Positions 1-7,947 of a stretch of 64,000 bases of DNA are shown here, piece by piece. Numbering within the stretch: the stretch's first letter is position 1; the number at the start of each line of letters is the position of its first letter. The stretch is taken from contig CACLBJ010000002.1 of the NCBI GenBank assembly GCA_902605165.1, positions 22,794 to 86,793 of the forward strand. The letters are read 5' to 3'. The notes under the pieces were generated by a model. The model saw nothing but the letters and a program-made list of their open reading frames with translations. It searched no databases and was not told where the DNA came from. This DNA comes from an uncultured SAR86 cluster bacterium. GTDB lineage: Bacteria; Pseudomonadota; Gammaproteobacteria; Magnimaribacterales; D2472. Made by a program: the position numbers and the translations under genes.

Positions 1-512
1 CTTCCATTGAATAAATTTAATCTTCCTGTATCAAAGCCTGGATCATTAATAAGCATGACTACAGTTTTTCCGCTAACATCAATACCTTCATAATCATTCC
101 AATTATATTCTGGAGCAACAATTCCATATCCTACAAAAACTAAATCGCTTGAATTAATTTTTTGATTCTTTATATTCCTCTTAGACCAAAATACTACCTC
201 ACTTCCATAATTAAGTTTTCTATCTCTGTCTCTAAAAGAGATTGTAAAAAAAGATGAATCTTGGACTGTTGATGAAACTGCAGGGACTTCATGGAAAAAA
301 CTATTATCAAAGGTTTTAAGATTTGTTAGAGAAAATTGCTCTGAGATATAATTTTTGGCAAGTTGTCCGCCTTCTGTTCCTGGATTTCTACCTTGCATGT
401 TATCTGATGACAAAGATTCGATGAGAATATGTAGATTTTCAATTGTTGAAAGTTCTTTTTCAACAGTGCAAGAAAATATTAAGAAGCATATGATAATTGG
501 CAGTAATCTCAT
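1..512 (-). CDS. M28 family aminopeptidase with PA domain (N-terminal part; gene runs off the window edge)
   Basis: Absent from the ORF track because it is open at position 1. My translation from ATG at 512-510 gives MRLLPIIICFLIFSCTVEKEL (lipoprotein-type signal), then SDNMQGRNPGTEGGQLAKNYI and LVFVGYGIVAPEYNWNDYEGIDVSGKTVVMLINDPG, typical of M28/PA-domain peptidases. No stop down to position 1. Confidence 0.65.
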   Translation of the reverse strand, partial: MRLLPIIICFLIFSCTVEKELSTIENLHILIESLSSDNMQGRNPGTEGGQLAKNYISEQFSLTNLKTFDNSFFHEVPAVSSTVQDSSFFTISFRDRDRKLNYGSEVVFWSKRNIKNQKINSSDLVFVGYGIVAPEYNWNDYEGIDVSGKTVVMLINDPGFDTGRLNLFNG

Positions 513-571
513 AGAGTCATCTTAATCTATTAAAAAAATGTATGCAGCTAGGGAGATTTAAGGAATTTTAA

Positions 572-1516
572 TTATTGAAAAATACTAACTACTCTATCTA
601 TAAACCAATATACGCCAATCCCGCCAATGCTCATAGCAATTAAGTACTGTATATTTTGAAATATCTTATTGTTATTTAAAAAGTAAACTATCAAAAAAGG
701 AATTGGGATTATTGCAAGCTGAGCTATCTCAATACCTATATTGAAGAATAAAAGTGACAGAGCTAATTCATTATTATTGATTCCAATCTCCGAAAGAGCC
801 CCCGAAAAACCAAATCCATGCAAAAGCCCAAAACCAAAAGCATAGTACCAAGGAAAATTCTTATTTTTGTTTTCTACAACATCTAAAGCAACAAAAACAA
901 TAGTTAAAGCAATCAGTGCCTCAATAACAGATTGGCTAATTGTGACAATACCTAAAAATGATAGAGATAAAGTTATGCTATGTGCAATAGTAAAAGCAGT
1001 AACAACTTTAATTAAGTTTATAAATCCATTAACTAAGAAAATAAGACATATTAAAAAAACAATATGATCAATTCCTTTTAATAAATGATCAAAGCCTAAA
1101 TTAAAATAAGCAACTGGATAAACAGATTGTTCAAGCGGAATAGTTATTACAAGATCCCTTGATCCTGCTATCGATTCATATGACGAACCGTCAATGAAAT
1201 TTATTGAAAGAAGAGCGTCAGTAAGGAAGTCCAGATTTTCAAATCTAATATCTTTACCTTTAATATCTTCGGCACATACAAGTTTATAACTTTCAATAAT
1301 ATTTTTTATGTTGCTTGATTTAGATACTTTAGAAAAATTGCAATTTGAGGGATAAAAGATCTTAGGAGAATTATATTTATACTGTTGGGGATAAAATAAT
1401 TTTACAGAATAGGAAAAGTCAGATTCCTCATTAAGTATTAAGTGAGCAGGATTGAATTCATGGCTATGGTTATAAAATGAAAAAAACAATAAAAAGAAAA
1501 AATATATTTTTTTCAT
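572..1516 (-). CDS. HupE/UreJ-family membrane protein (putative metal permease) with ~140-aa N-terminal extracytoplasmic extension
   Basis: 314 aa. Signal peptide followed by HSHEFNPAH. The C-terminal ~170 aa are polytopic with GFDHLLKGIDHIVF, TIAHSITLS and GLLHGFGFSGAL, matching the His-rich TM motifs of HupE/UreJ-type proteins. The start overlaps the upstream gene's stop at 1516. Confidence 0.6.
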   Translation of the reverse strand: MKKIYFFFLLFFSFYNHSHEFNPAHLILNEESDFSYSVKLFYPQQYKYNSPKIFYPSNCNFSKVSKSSNIKNIIESYKLVCAEDIKGKDIRFENLDFLTDALLSINFIDGSSYESIAGSRDLVITIPLEQSVYPVAYFNLGFDHLLKGIDHIVFLICLIFLVNGFINLIKVVTAFTIAHSITLSLSFLGIVTISQSVIEALIALTIVFVALDVVENKNKNFPWYYAFGFGLLHGFGFSGALSEIGINNNELALSLLFFNIGIEIAQLAIIPIPFLIVYFLNNNKIFQNIQYLIAMSIGGIGVYWFIDRVVSIFQ

Positions 1517-2310
1517 TAATTAAAACTTAAGTCTGGATTTATAATAACCTCATATTCTTGCTTAATTTCATCTAAGAAATTTTTTACGTTCTCTCTTCTC
1601 TTCATAATAAGATAATCACTGTAAACTTTTTGATAAATCTGATTTAGCCTAGGAATATATCCGTCAATCTTCTTTTTAATAAAGACAATATGTAGCCCGT
1701 AATCAGAAGAAATCGGTCCAGACCACTGATTTTCATTTATTAATGTGAGGCTTTCGTAAAAAGAATTACCAAAATTTTTCTGAAGATCACTTTTTGACAT
1801 TAAGTTAAGGTCATTTCCCAATATAAAAGGATCTGAATCTAATGCAAAACCATTTGAGATTTTAATTAAACTTTCTTTAGCTCTAATGTCTGAATTATCT
1901 TGTTCAGAAAAAAAATGATGGCTAAAGGTAAAAAGATCCTCAACAATATATTTTGATTTATTTTCAACATAAAAATTTTCTAAATCCGCTGGTGAGGGCT
2001 GAATATCATCTTGTTTAAGGAATTCAACTTTTTGAGCTAGGCGTCTTTTTATAATTCTGTCATTTTTATCCAATTCTAGTTTTAATGCTTCTCTATAAAG
2101 AATTTCTTCATTAACAAGATTATTTATTATCCTCACAATTTCTTCATCAGAAGGATCCCTGCCCACTTGATCTCGCCAAGTATCTATTAGACCAAGTATT
2201 TCATCGTCAGGGATTATGATTTGATTTAAGTTCTCATCATATGAGAATCTATAATCAACTATGTACAGAAATAAACCTATAAGAATAAATAAACCTATCC
2301 TTGATTTCAT
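1516..2310 (-). CDS. Membrane-anchored PpiC/parvulin-type peptidyl-prolyl isomerase-like foldase (PpiD/SurA-like)
   Basis: 264 aa with an N-terminal TM anchor (IGLFILIGLFLYIV). The C-terminal SGPISSDYGLHIVFIKKK resembles the parvulin core (S-x-x-G-x-H-I). Confidence 0.5.
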   Translation of the reverse strand: MKSRIGLFILIGLFLYIVDYRFSYDENLNQIIIPDDEILGLIDTWRDQVGRDPSDEEIVRIINNLVNEEILYREALKLELDKNDRIIKRRLAQKVEFLKQDDIQPSPADLENFYVENKSKYIVEDLFTFSHHFFSEQDNSDIRAKESLIKISNGFALDSDPFILGNDLNLMSKSDLQKNFGNSFYESLTLINENQWSGPISSDYGLHIVFIKKKIDGYIPRLNQIYQKVYSDYLIMKRRENVKNFLDEIKQEYEVIINPDLSFN

Positions 2311-2316
2311 AAAAAA

Positions 2317-4485
2317 TTAATTTCTTAAATTTATTGATCCACCAAGAGGAATAATTTCGAAACCATCGTCTTCTGGAACGTACCAGATGGGAGAGGACCA
2401 TGCTCTTTCTTGAATGGTGCTATGAAGGTCTTTTCTGGGCTCAAAGCCGTTCTTAATGGCATCCCATGATGACCATCTGCATGTTGGATTTTCGAGAACT
2501 CTAACATAATAAAAAGCATTATCTGTGGGATTAAATTCTGGGTCTTGCCATTTAGCTTTTAGCTCAACTGCACCAACATTATCTGAAATTTTGCATGTGT
2601 TGATATCTACTTTTGCATTGTTGTCAGGACATCTGTGTGTGACAGGATCTACCGCTAGACCATCAGAGCAGGTAACGTCGTAAACCATTTCTTTAGGTCT
2701 TCCTGAGTTAGTATCAATCCAACCTTTTATAATCTGGATTCTTTGCAGCGGTGCTCCGTTCTTACCTTTTACAGCCCAAACCATGAAATGGGGCTCTTTA
2801 CCATTATCAAAATTAATGTCTGAACCCATTGGAACACCCTTTTCATAAGCCTGTGAAATCAGATCAGATGAATATAGATCCACTGATGAAATTTCATAGC
2901 CTGCAAAAAACCTTAATTTAATTCTTGATCCAGAAGTTGCATAAGTCTCCTTATTCCTCAGGGCTTTAAATATAGATTCTCTTGTGTTTTCTTCTGCCCA
3001 AACAGCCGCAAGACCTGAGGCTCCCCATTGATCAAAGCCGACATCCATATATGTACCCTGCTCTCTATCGATCAACAGTACAGGTTGATTAGCATCAATT
3101 AATCCTTGAGTCACCGTATTAATTCTTTCTTGAGTTAGAGGGATCGTACCTCTTGCTTCTGGTGAGCCATCTAAAATACCAACTTTTGACCAATAATTAG
3201 ATTCATCAAAAGATCCTCCAAGCACATGGGTATCCGTCGATCCAATTAATCCAAACTTATAGGGGTTCCCTTGACCAAACCAATCTAAAGTTAAGCCCCT
3301 TAAATATGCATCTCTTACATATCCAGCTTGTGGCATGCTATATGTAGGAGGTCTGCTTCCAACCCTAATATCCATAATCTCAAAATCAGCCCATTCATCA
3401 TCTGGTGAGAGCAAGGGATGAGTTTCTGAAGTTCCCTTAACTTGAGTAACTTCAACAAGAGGTTCATTTCTCATTCTTTTTGATGAGTAGTTCCTGTTAA
3501 TAGGACCGCCTTCGAAGGTTTCCATCTCAAACATGTTTCCATTTGATCCATTTCCATTATGAGGAACGGCAATTGAATCAACACCTCTTTCTCGCAAATC
3601 ATCCATCCATGTCCACAAATCCTCAGGATTTAGAGAGTCGATCCTGGTAAAAGGCCTGAGCGGTCTTTTAGACCCCTCAAAAAAAACATTCCTGTGAAGG
3701 TTACCTCCCTCAGTATCTGTGGAGGTTGTATATTCATATGCTAAGAAAGTTGTAAAATTTCCGGGGTCATTATGCTCTTCTGCAGCTCTAGCCATATCAG
3801 CCCATGCTGATTTATGAACTTTATAATCAAAAGACTTTAATGCAAGTTGAACATTACTGGTGAAATACGCAGCCAATACTTTAGGATGAAGATCAAAGTA
3901 AGGCATATTTATAGTTGAAGCAACGACATCACTGAACATTGCAGTTCTTGCTGGAAAGGTATCTAGATTTTCTTCTGGAGTATTGGTAGCTACATCTGCA
4001 TTCATATTATGAAATGGCTTTGTGAAGTCTTTTTTTGAAATTCTTGAAGTAGTATCTGCATAATTGTTTATCATGCCCATAAAGAAACCATGATCAGTGA
4101 CTGCATAAAAATCTAGTGGCTCACGCAACTGAAGATCATACCCCAGAGGATGTTTTACACTTGCACCTTTAGCATACATATAAGCATCATCAGGTGTTCC
4201 TGTTACCCCAAAGACATATGCATCAAAAGAATATTTTGTATGAACATGTAAATCACCGAAGTAGACATTTTTGTTAGGATTACTTGTTATGGTTGTTTCA
4301 AGCTTTTCGCTTTCTAGTTCAAGTGTTGAATCAATGACATTAAGCGAAGTGTTAGTTTGAAGTAATTTAAATAAAGAGATAATTGGTCTTGTCTCTCTTA
4401 GATCAAAAGATATAAATATGAAGGTTATTAAATAAAGAGATACTGGTAATAAGACAAAGTATTTCAAAATTGATGTAAATTTCAT
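2317..4485 (-). CDS. DUF3604 family protein (exported PHP-like metal-dependent hydrolase, function unknown)
   Basis: 722 aa with an N-terminal signal-anchor. VYFGDLHVHTKYSFDAY is the hallmark HxH metal motif of DUF3604/PHP-like proteins. The Cys-rich C-terminus (CSDG..HRCPDNN..NTCK..NPTCRW) is consistent with periplasmic or extracellular disulfides. Confidence 0.7.
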   Translation of the reverse strand: MKFTSILKYFVLLPVSLYLITFIFISFDLRETRPIISLFKLLQTNTSLNVIDSTLELESEKLETTITSNPNKNVYFGDLHVHTKYSFDAYVFGVTGTPDDAYMYAKGASVKHPLGYDLQLREPLDFYAVTDHGFFMGMINNYADTTSRISKKDFTKPFHNMNADVATNTPEENLDTFPARTAMFSDVVASTINMPYFDLHPKVLAAYFTSNVQLALKSFDYKVHKSAWADMARAAEEHNDPGNFTTFLAYEYTTSTDTEGGNLHRNVFFEGSKRPLRPFTRIDSLNPEDLWTWMDDLRERGVDSIAVPHNGNGSNGNMFEMETFEGGPINRNYSSKRMRNEPLVEVTQVKGTSETHPLLSPDDEWADFEIMDIRVGSRPPTYSMPQAGYVRDAYLRGLTLDWFGQGNPYKFGLIGSTDTHVLGGSFDESNYWSKVGILDGSPEARGTIPLTQERINTVTQGLIDANQPVLLIDREQGTYMDVGFDQWGASGLAAVWAEENTRESIFKALRNKETYATSGSRIKLRFFAGYEISSVDLYSSDLISQAYEKGVPMGSDINFDNGKEPHFMVWAVKGKNGAPLQRIQIIKGWIDTNSGRPKEMVYDVTCSDGLAVDPVTHRCPDNNAKVDINTCKISDNVGAVELKAKWQDPEFNPTDNAFYYVRVLENPTCRWSSWDAIKNGFEPRKDLHSTIQERAWSSPIWYVPEDDGFEIIPLGGSINLRN

Positions 4486-4569
4486 TTATTCTCCCTTAAT
4501 CCTGATCCTAGAATTTTAACATAATAATTTTTTAGAAAAATAAAAAGGAATATAATGTATTTGAAGGTT

Positions 4570-4646
4570 GCGCCTGTAGCTCAGCTGGATAGAGTACTTG
4601 GCTTCGAACCAAGGGGTCGGGAGTTCGAATCTTCCCGGGCGCGCCA
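4570..4646 (+). tRNA. tRNA-Arg (anticodon TCG)
   Basis: GCGCCTGTAGCTCAGCTGGATAGAGTACTTGGCTTCGAACCAAGGGGTCGGGAGTTCGAATCTTCCCGGGCGCGCCA. It folds as a cloverleaf by hand with anticodon loop CTTCGAA, T-loop TTCGAAT and an encoded CCA. Confidence 0.95.
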
Positions 4647-4691
4647 ATAAGGGAGGTAAATATTATATTTACAATTGTTATCTTAAGTTTA

Positions 4692-5810
4692 TTGTTATTA
4701 GTTTTCTATTTTAGAAAAACTATTCTTTTTTGGATTATTGGTCGAATGATTAAGCCGACTATGACCTTTGATACCTTTGAGCCACCTCCTAAACCAAATT
4801 ATAATGATCTTAACTCATGGGCAGCTCATCCTGATTACAAAAATGGGCCAGATCAACTCACACCTAATAATGAAAATTTAAATGGTTTAAAAGAAGCTGC
4901 TGTATTTTACGTACATCCAACTGGTTATTTCGGAAAAACATGGAATGCAACAATTGATAAAGATACGTCTCACTATGAAAGAACTGAAGGTATGTTAGCT
5001 GGTCAAGCTTCAGCTTTTAACAATAGTTGCGATATTTATGCTCCTGAATATAGACAGGCAACATTCTTTTCTTTTTTTGATGAAACTGGAGATGGACAAA
5101 AGGCTTTAGCGCGAGCCTATGAAGATGTAGAAAGTGCTTTTTTTGCATTTTTAGATTTAATTGGTGATAAACCTTTTTTTATAGCATCTCATAGCCAAGG
5201 AACACTTCATGCCCAACAGCTGATCTCTAAACATATAGATGGAGCAAAACTCTCTCAAAGAATGATTGCAGCTTATTTGATTGGTTATCCAATTCTTAAA
5301 AGTGACATTAAAAAGCTTTTTAAAGAGATTGAGATATGCAAAAGTCCAGAACAAATTAACTGTGTTATTGCTTGGTGTACAGTAGATGAAATGGCAAATC
5401 TGGAGGGTGAAAGCTGGACTTGGGATCCAAGTGGTTGGAAGAGATTAAATAGAGATGACTTCTTATTTGGAACCAATCCTATTAGCTGGACTATAGACAA
5501 TGAATGGATATCAACAAAAAAAATCAATTCTGTTCTAAATCTTGATATTTGGGATCAATCAATTAAGGGCCTTACAAAAAAAAGACCGTCTGGAGAACCT
5601 ATACAAATATCCTTGTTTAAAAATGCTAATTTCCATGTCCGTCTAAGCAAAAAAGGTCTAGCGGAAGTTAAAGGTGATTTTTTAAAAAGATTTGATTCAG
5701 TGGAGTTTGGTTTAGGCAATCTGCATGTTGTTGACTATAGTTTATTCTGGGGGTCAATTCGTAAGAATGTTAAATTACGATTAAATGAATATTTAAAAAC
5801 AGCAAACTAA
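4692..5810 (+). CDS. DUF3089-like alpha/beta hydrolase-fold protein
   Basis: 372 aa. FIASHSQGTLH is a GxSxG-type nucleophile elbow (HSQG) as in DUF3089 proteins. The start is uncertain: TTG at 4692, ATG at 4746, or an in-frame ATT at 4662 placed 5 nt after a strong GGGAGG at 4651-4656. Confidence 0.55.
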   Translation: MLLVFYFRKTILFWIIGRMIKPTMTFDTFEPPPKPNYNDLNSWAAHPDYKNGPDQLTPNNENLNGLKEAAVFYVHPTGYFGKTWNATIDKDTSHYERTEGMLAGQASAFNNSCDIYAPEYRQATFFSFFDETGDGQKALARAYEDVESAFFAFLDLIGDKPFFIASHSQGTLHAQQLISKHIDGAKLSQRMIAAYLIGYPILKSDIKKLFKEIEICKSPEQINCVIAWCTVDEMANLEGESWTWDPSGWKRLNRDDFLFGTNPISWTIDNEWISTKKINSVLNLDIWDQSIKGLTKKRPSGEPIQISLFKNANFHVRLSKKGLAEVKGDFLKRFDSVEFGLGNLHVVDYSLFWGSIRKNVKLRLNEYLKTAN

Positions 5811-6175
5811 ATTACCTCAATTTGTCCACCATTCTCAACCCACTCTTTGAAACCACCTAAATTAAATACATCTTTATATCCTATGTCCATAAGCGTTTTT
5901 GCAGCCAATGCTGCGCGTGCGCCAGCAGCACAATAAATTAGAATTTTCATTTTTTCTGAATCCTCAACATGATCCTCTGGCCTGAAAATAAATTCCAGTA
6001 ATCCTCTAGGTACATGAATAGCCCCTTTAATTTTTCCAGACTCCCTAAGCTCTTGCCCTTCTCTTACATCTAAAATTATTGTATTTGCATCATTCAGAAT
6101 AGCGCTAGCTTCTTCAAAACTAATTCTTGGAACTAACTCATTTGCTTCATTTAAAAGTTGATTAATATTAGTCAT
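5807..6175 (-). CDS. Single-domain rhodanese-like sulfurtransferase
   Basis: 122 aa with the active-site loop YCAAGARAALAA (CxxGxR). Size and layout are typical of rhodanese/GlpE-like proteins. It overlaps the EamA stop by 8 nt. Confidence 0.8.
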   Translation of the reverse strand: MTNINQLLNEANELVPRISFEEASAILNDANTIILDVREGQELRESGKIKGAIHVPRGLLEFIFRPEDHVEDSEKMKILIYCAAGARAALAAKTLMDIGYKDVFNLGGFKEWVENGGQIEVI

Positions 6176-7019
6176 ATCGCTTATTTGTAAAAATTATTCC
6201 AGTTAATATTAATATCATACCTATTAAAATTTGTAATGTAATTTGCTCTCCAAGAAAAACATAACCCCAGATCACTCCAAAAATAGGTATGAAATATGCA
6301 ACAGTTGCGGTCTTAACTGCACCAACTTTTTCAATTAAGCGAACGTAACCAAGAAAAGCAATGCCTGTTGAAATTACTCCAAGCCAAAGGATTGAGAAAA
6401 TAGTATTATTGGAGGGAAATTGTGAAGGCAAGTTAAAGATGGTCAGCGGTAGAAGGAAAATTGATGCCAGTACTAGAGACCAACCTATTAAGACAATTGT
6501 GTTTGTCTTATATGCAAATTTCTGAATATAGTTTGCAGACAATGCATAACAAAATGCTGCACTTAAACAAAAGATAGTAGCCTTGGTTGAAATATAAATA
6601 TTATCGGGATTTGCTAAAACTACAATACCGAATAAACCAATAAATACTCCCATTATCTGAAAGCGATTTAGCTTTACTTTTAACCAAATTGTAGAAATTA
6701 CAACAGCCATAATTGCAGTTGTCCCATTGAGAATTGACAACATGTTTGAACTTGATTCAAGTGAAGCATATGCAAATAGTGAAAAAGGCAATGCGGTATT
6801 TACAATGCTAAGCACCAAAATATTTTTTAAATTGCTCCTAAAATGCTTTAAATATTTTTTTTGAAGGAGAAAAGGAGTAAATATGAGGCCAGCAACTGCA
6901 AGTCTTATATTAACTAGCGCAATTGGACCTAGCTCAGGTGTTGCAATTTTAATAAACATAAAAGCGCTGCCCCAAACTGCTCCAAGGATAGTAATAAGAA
7001 TCCAGTATTTATTTTCCAT
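6168..7019 (-). CDS. EamA/DMT-family transporter
   Basis: 283 aa and ~10 TM helices. The N-terminal ILGAVWGSAFMFIKIA and the two-repeat architecture are typical of EamA domains. Confidence 0.8.
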   Translation of the reverse strand: MENKYWILITILGAVWGSAFMFIKIATPELGPIALVNIRLAVAGLIFTPFLLQKKYLKHFRSNLKNILVLSIVNTALPFSLFAYASLESSSNMLSILNGTTAIMAVVISTIWLKVKLNRFQIMGVFIGLFGIVVLANPDNIYISTKATIFCLSAAFCYALSANYIQKFAYKTNTIVLIGWSLVLASIFLLPLTIFNLPSQFPSNNTIFSILWLGVISTGIAFLGYVRLIEKVGAVKTATVAYFIPIFGVIWGYVFLGEQITLQILIGMILILTGIIFTNKRYD

Positions 7020-7027
7020 GATAAATT

Positions 7028-7055
7028 AAAAAAAGCCCCCTTAAAAAAGAGGGCT
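7028..7055 (-). terminator. Rho-independent terminator-like hairpin ending 8 nt upstream of the EamA start codon
   Basis: Minus strand reads AGCCCUC-UUUUUUAA-GGGGGCU followed by a U7 run. The stem is 7 bp with one G-U pair. It is followed by AAUUUAUC and then AUG (7019). Confidence 0.6.
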
Positions 7056-7218
7056 AAAATCTGAATATAATCAGACGAAATCAGAATCTAACTTCTGTCA
7101 AAAAGCTGTACCTCCGATTCCTGAATTAAATATAATATTGATAGGACCACCTCCTTGTGAGGGTAATATTAAATACTATAAAGCGGCCCCCATATTAACC
7201 GCGACATAGCGACATCCA
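7028..7218 (-). ncRNA. Candidate ~190-nt structured leader (riboswitch/attenuator) or small RNA; class not recognised
   Basis: Bounded by a promoter-like TTAACA-16nt-TATAAT (7252-7225) and the terminator at 7028-7055. No ATG on the plus strand and no ORF over ~20 codons on either strand. Hairpins CAGAA/TTCTG (7097-7082) and TCUGA/UCAGA (7075-7060) precede the terminator. Confidence 0.3.
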
Positions 7219-7224
7219 GTTTTT

Positions 7225-7252
7225 ATTATATACAGCAAATAGATTTTGTTAA
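7225..7252 (-). promoter_or_regulatory. Sigma70-like promoter (TTAACA -35, 16-nt spacer, TATAAT -10)
   Basis: Read on the minus strand directly after the stop of the 70-aa ORF. AT-rich DNA makes chance hexamers common, so this is tentative. Confidence 0.35.
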
Positions 7253-7260
7253 CAGCTAAA

Positions 7261-7473
7261 TTATAATAATTCTAATTGTTGACAATTGGCAAAACAGAAT
7301 GTGTTTTTAACTGTGGAAATACTATCTCTTGGGAACAAGTAGTTGTTTAGATCTTCTTTGTTTCCATTGAAGTATTTAAAAGCAAGAGTCTTTTCAGCCG
7401 ACTCTTTGTCTACAGCCTCTTCCCACTGGGAGATAATAGTATCTTGGAAATTTAAATTTATTACGTTACTCAT
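7261..7473 (-). CDS. Hypothetical 70-aa protein, predicted LexA-regulated and leaderless
   Basis: A 70-codon open frame in AT-rich DNA, where stop triplets are frequent. No family recognised. The protein is acidic, not hydrophobic, and ends with CFANC. The ATG lies 6 nt after the -10 of a LexA-box promoter and has no SD. Confidence 0.5.
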   Translation of the reverse strand: MSNVINLNFQDTIISQWEEAVDKESAEKTLAFKYFNGNKEDLNNYLFPRDSISTVKNTFCFANCQQLELL

Positions 7474-7479
7474 ATATCA

Positions 7480-7508
7480 AATATACTGTATATTTATACA
7501 GTAGTCAA
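7480..7508 (-). promoter_or_regulatory. Sigma70-like promoter containing the LexA box (TTGACT -35, 17-nt spacer, TATATT -10)
   Basis: Minus strand reads TTGACT-ACTGTATAAATATACAG-TATATT-tgatat-ATG. The operator occupies the whole spacer, and the predicted +1 coincides with the A of the start codon at 7473. Confidence 0.6.
7484..7503 (-). promoter_or_regulatory. LexA (SOS) box
   Basis: TACTGTATATTTATACAGTA matches 19/20 positions of the gammaproteobacterial consensus TACTGTATATATATACAGTA (CTGT-N8-ACAG). Confidence 0.8.
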
Positions 7509-7512
7509 ATAT

Positions 7513-7947
7513 TTATGAGCTGAAGAGATTTTCCATATCCTTAAATGCCTTAATTTCAATAGCATTACCCGATGGATCTCTAAAGAACATTGTCCTTTGT
7601 TCTCCAACTTCTCCTTTAAATCTGATAGTTGGTTCAATGATAAAATCTATTTCTTTATCATTTATTTTCAATAAAAATTCTTCAAATTCTTCTATGGACA
7701 GAACTACTCCAAAATGTGGGACTGGAACCTCTTCACCATCTACAGGATTGGTGATTTGCTCATTGATGCTATCTGAGACGTGACATACGAGCTGATGACC
7801 AAAAAAATCAAAATCTGCCCATTTGTTTGAACTCCTTCCCTCTTTAAGGCCAAGAATATCTCTATAGTAAATGACTGATTTCTCTAAATTAGATACCGGT
7901 ATTGCAAGATGGAATGGGTTTAAATTATCTTTCACGAAAGAAGGCAA
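7513..7947 (-). CDS. VOC (glyoxalase/bleomycin-resistance/dioxygenase) family protein
   Basis: 144 aa. FHLAIPVSNLEKSVIYYRDILGLKEG and the C-terminal FFRDPSGNAIEIK are typical VOC beta-alpha-beta-beta-beta module motifs. Confidence 0.75.
   Translation of the reverse strand: MPSFVKDNLNPFHLAIPVSNLEKSVIYYRDILGLKEGRSSNKWADFDFFGHQLVCHVSDSINEQITNPVDGEEVPVPHFGVVLSIEEFEEFLLKINDKEIDFIIEPTIRFKGEVGEQRTMFFRDPSGNAIEIKAFKDMENLFSS

Noticed and set aside
7098-7142. Strong AAGGAGG (7156-7150) followed 7 nt later by a 14-codon frame (INIIFNSGIGGTAF) inside the non-coding unit
   Set aside because: The frame would have to start at ATC, ATT or ATA. The only canonical start (GTG 7150-7148) overlaps the SD-like element itself. 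The AAGGAGG more plausibly pairs with the adjacent CCCUC as RNA structure. It is kept only as a caveat to the leader/sRNA finding.
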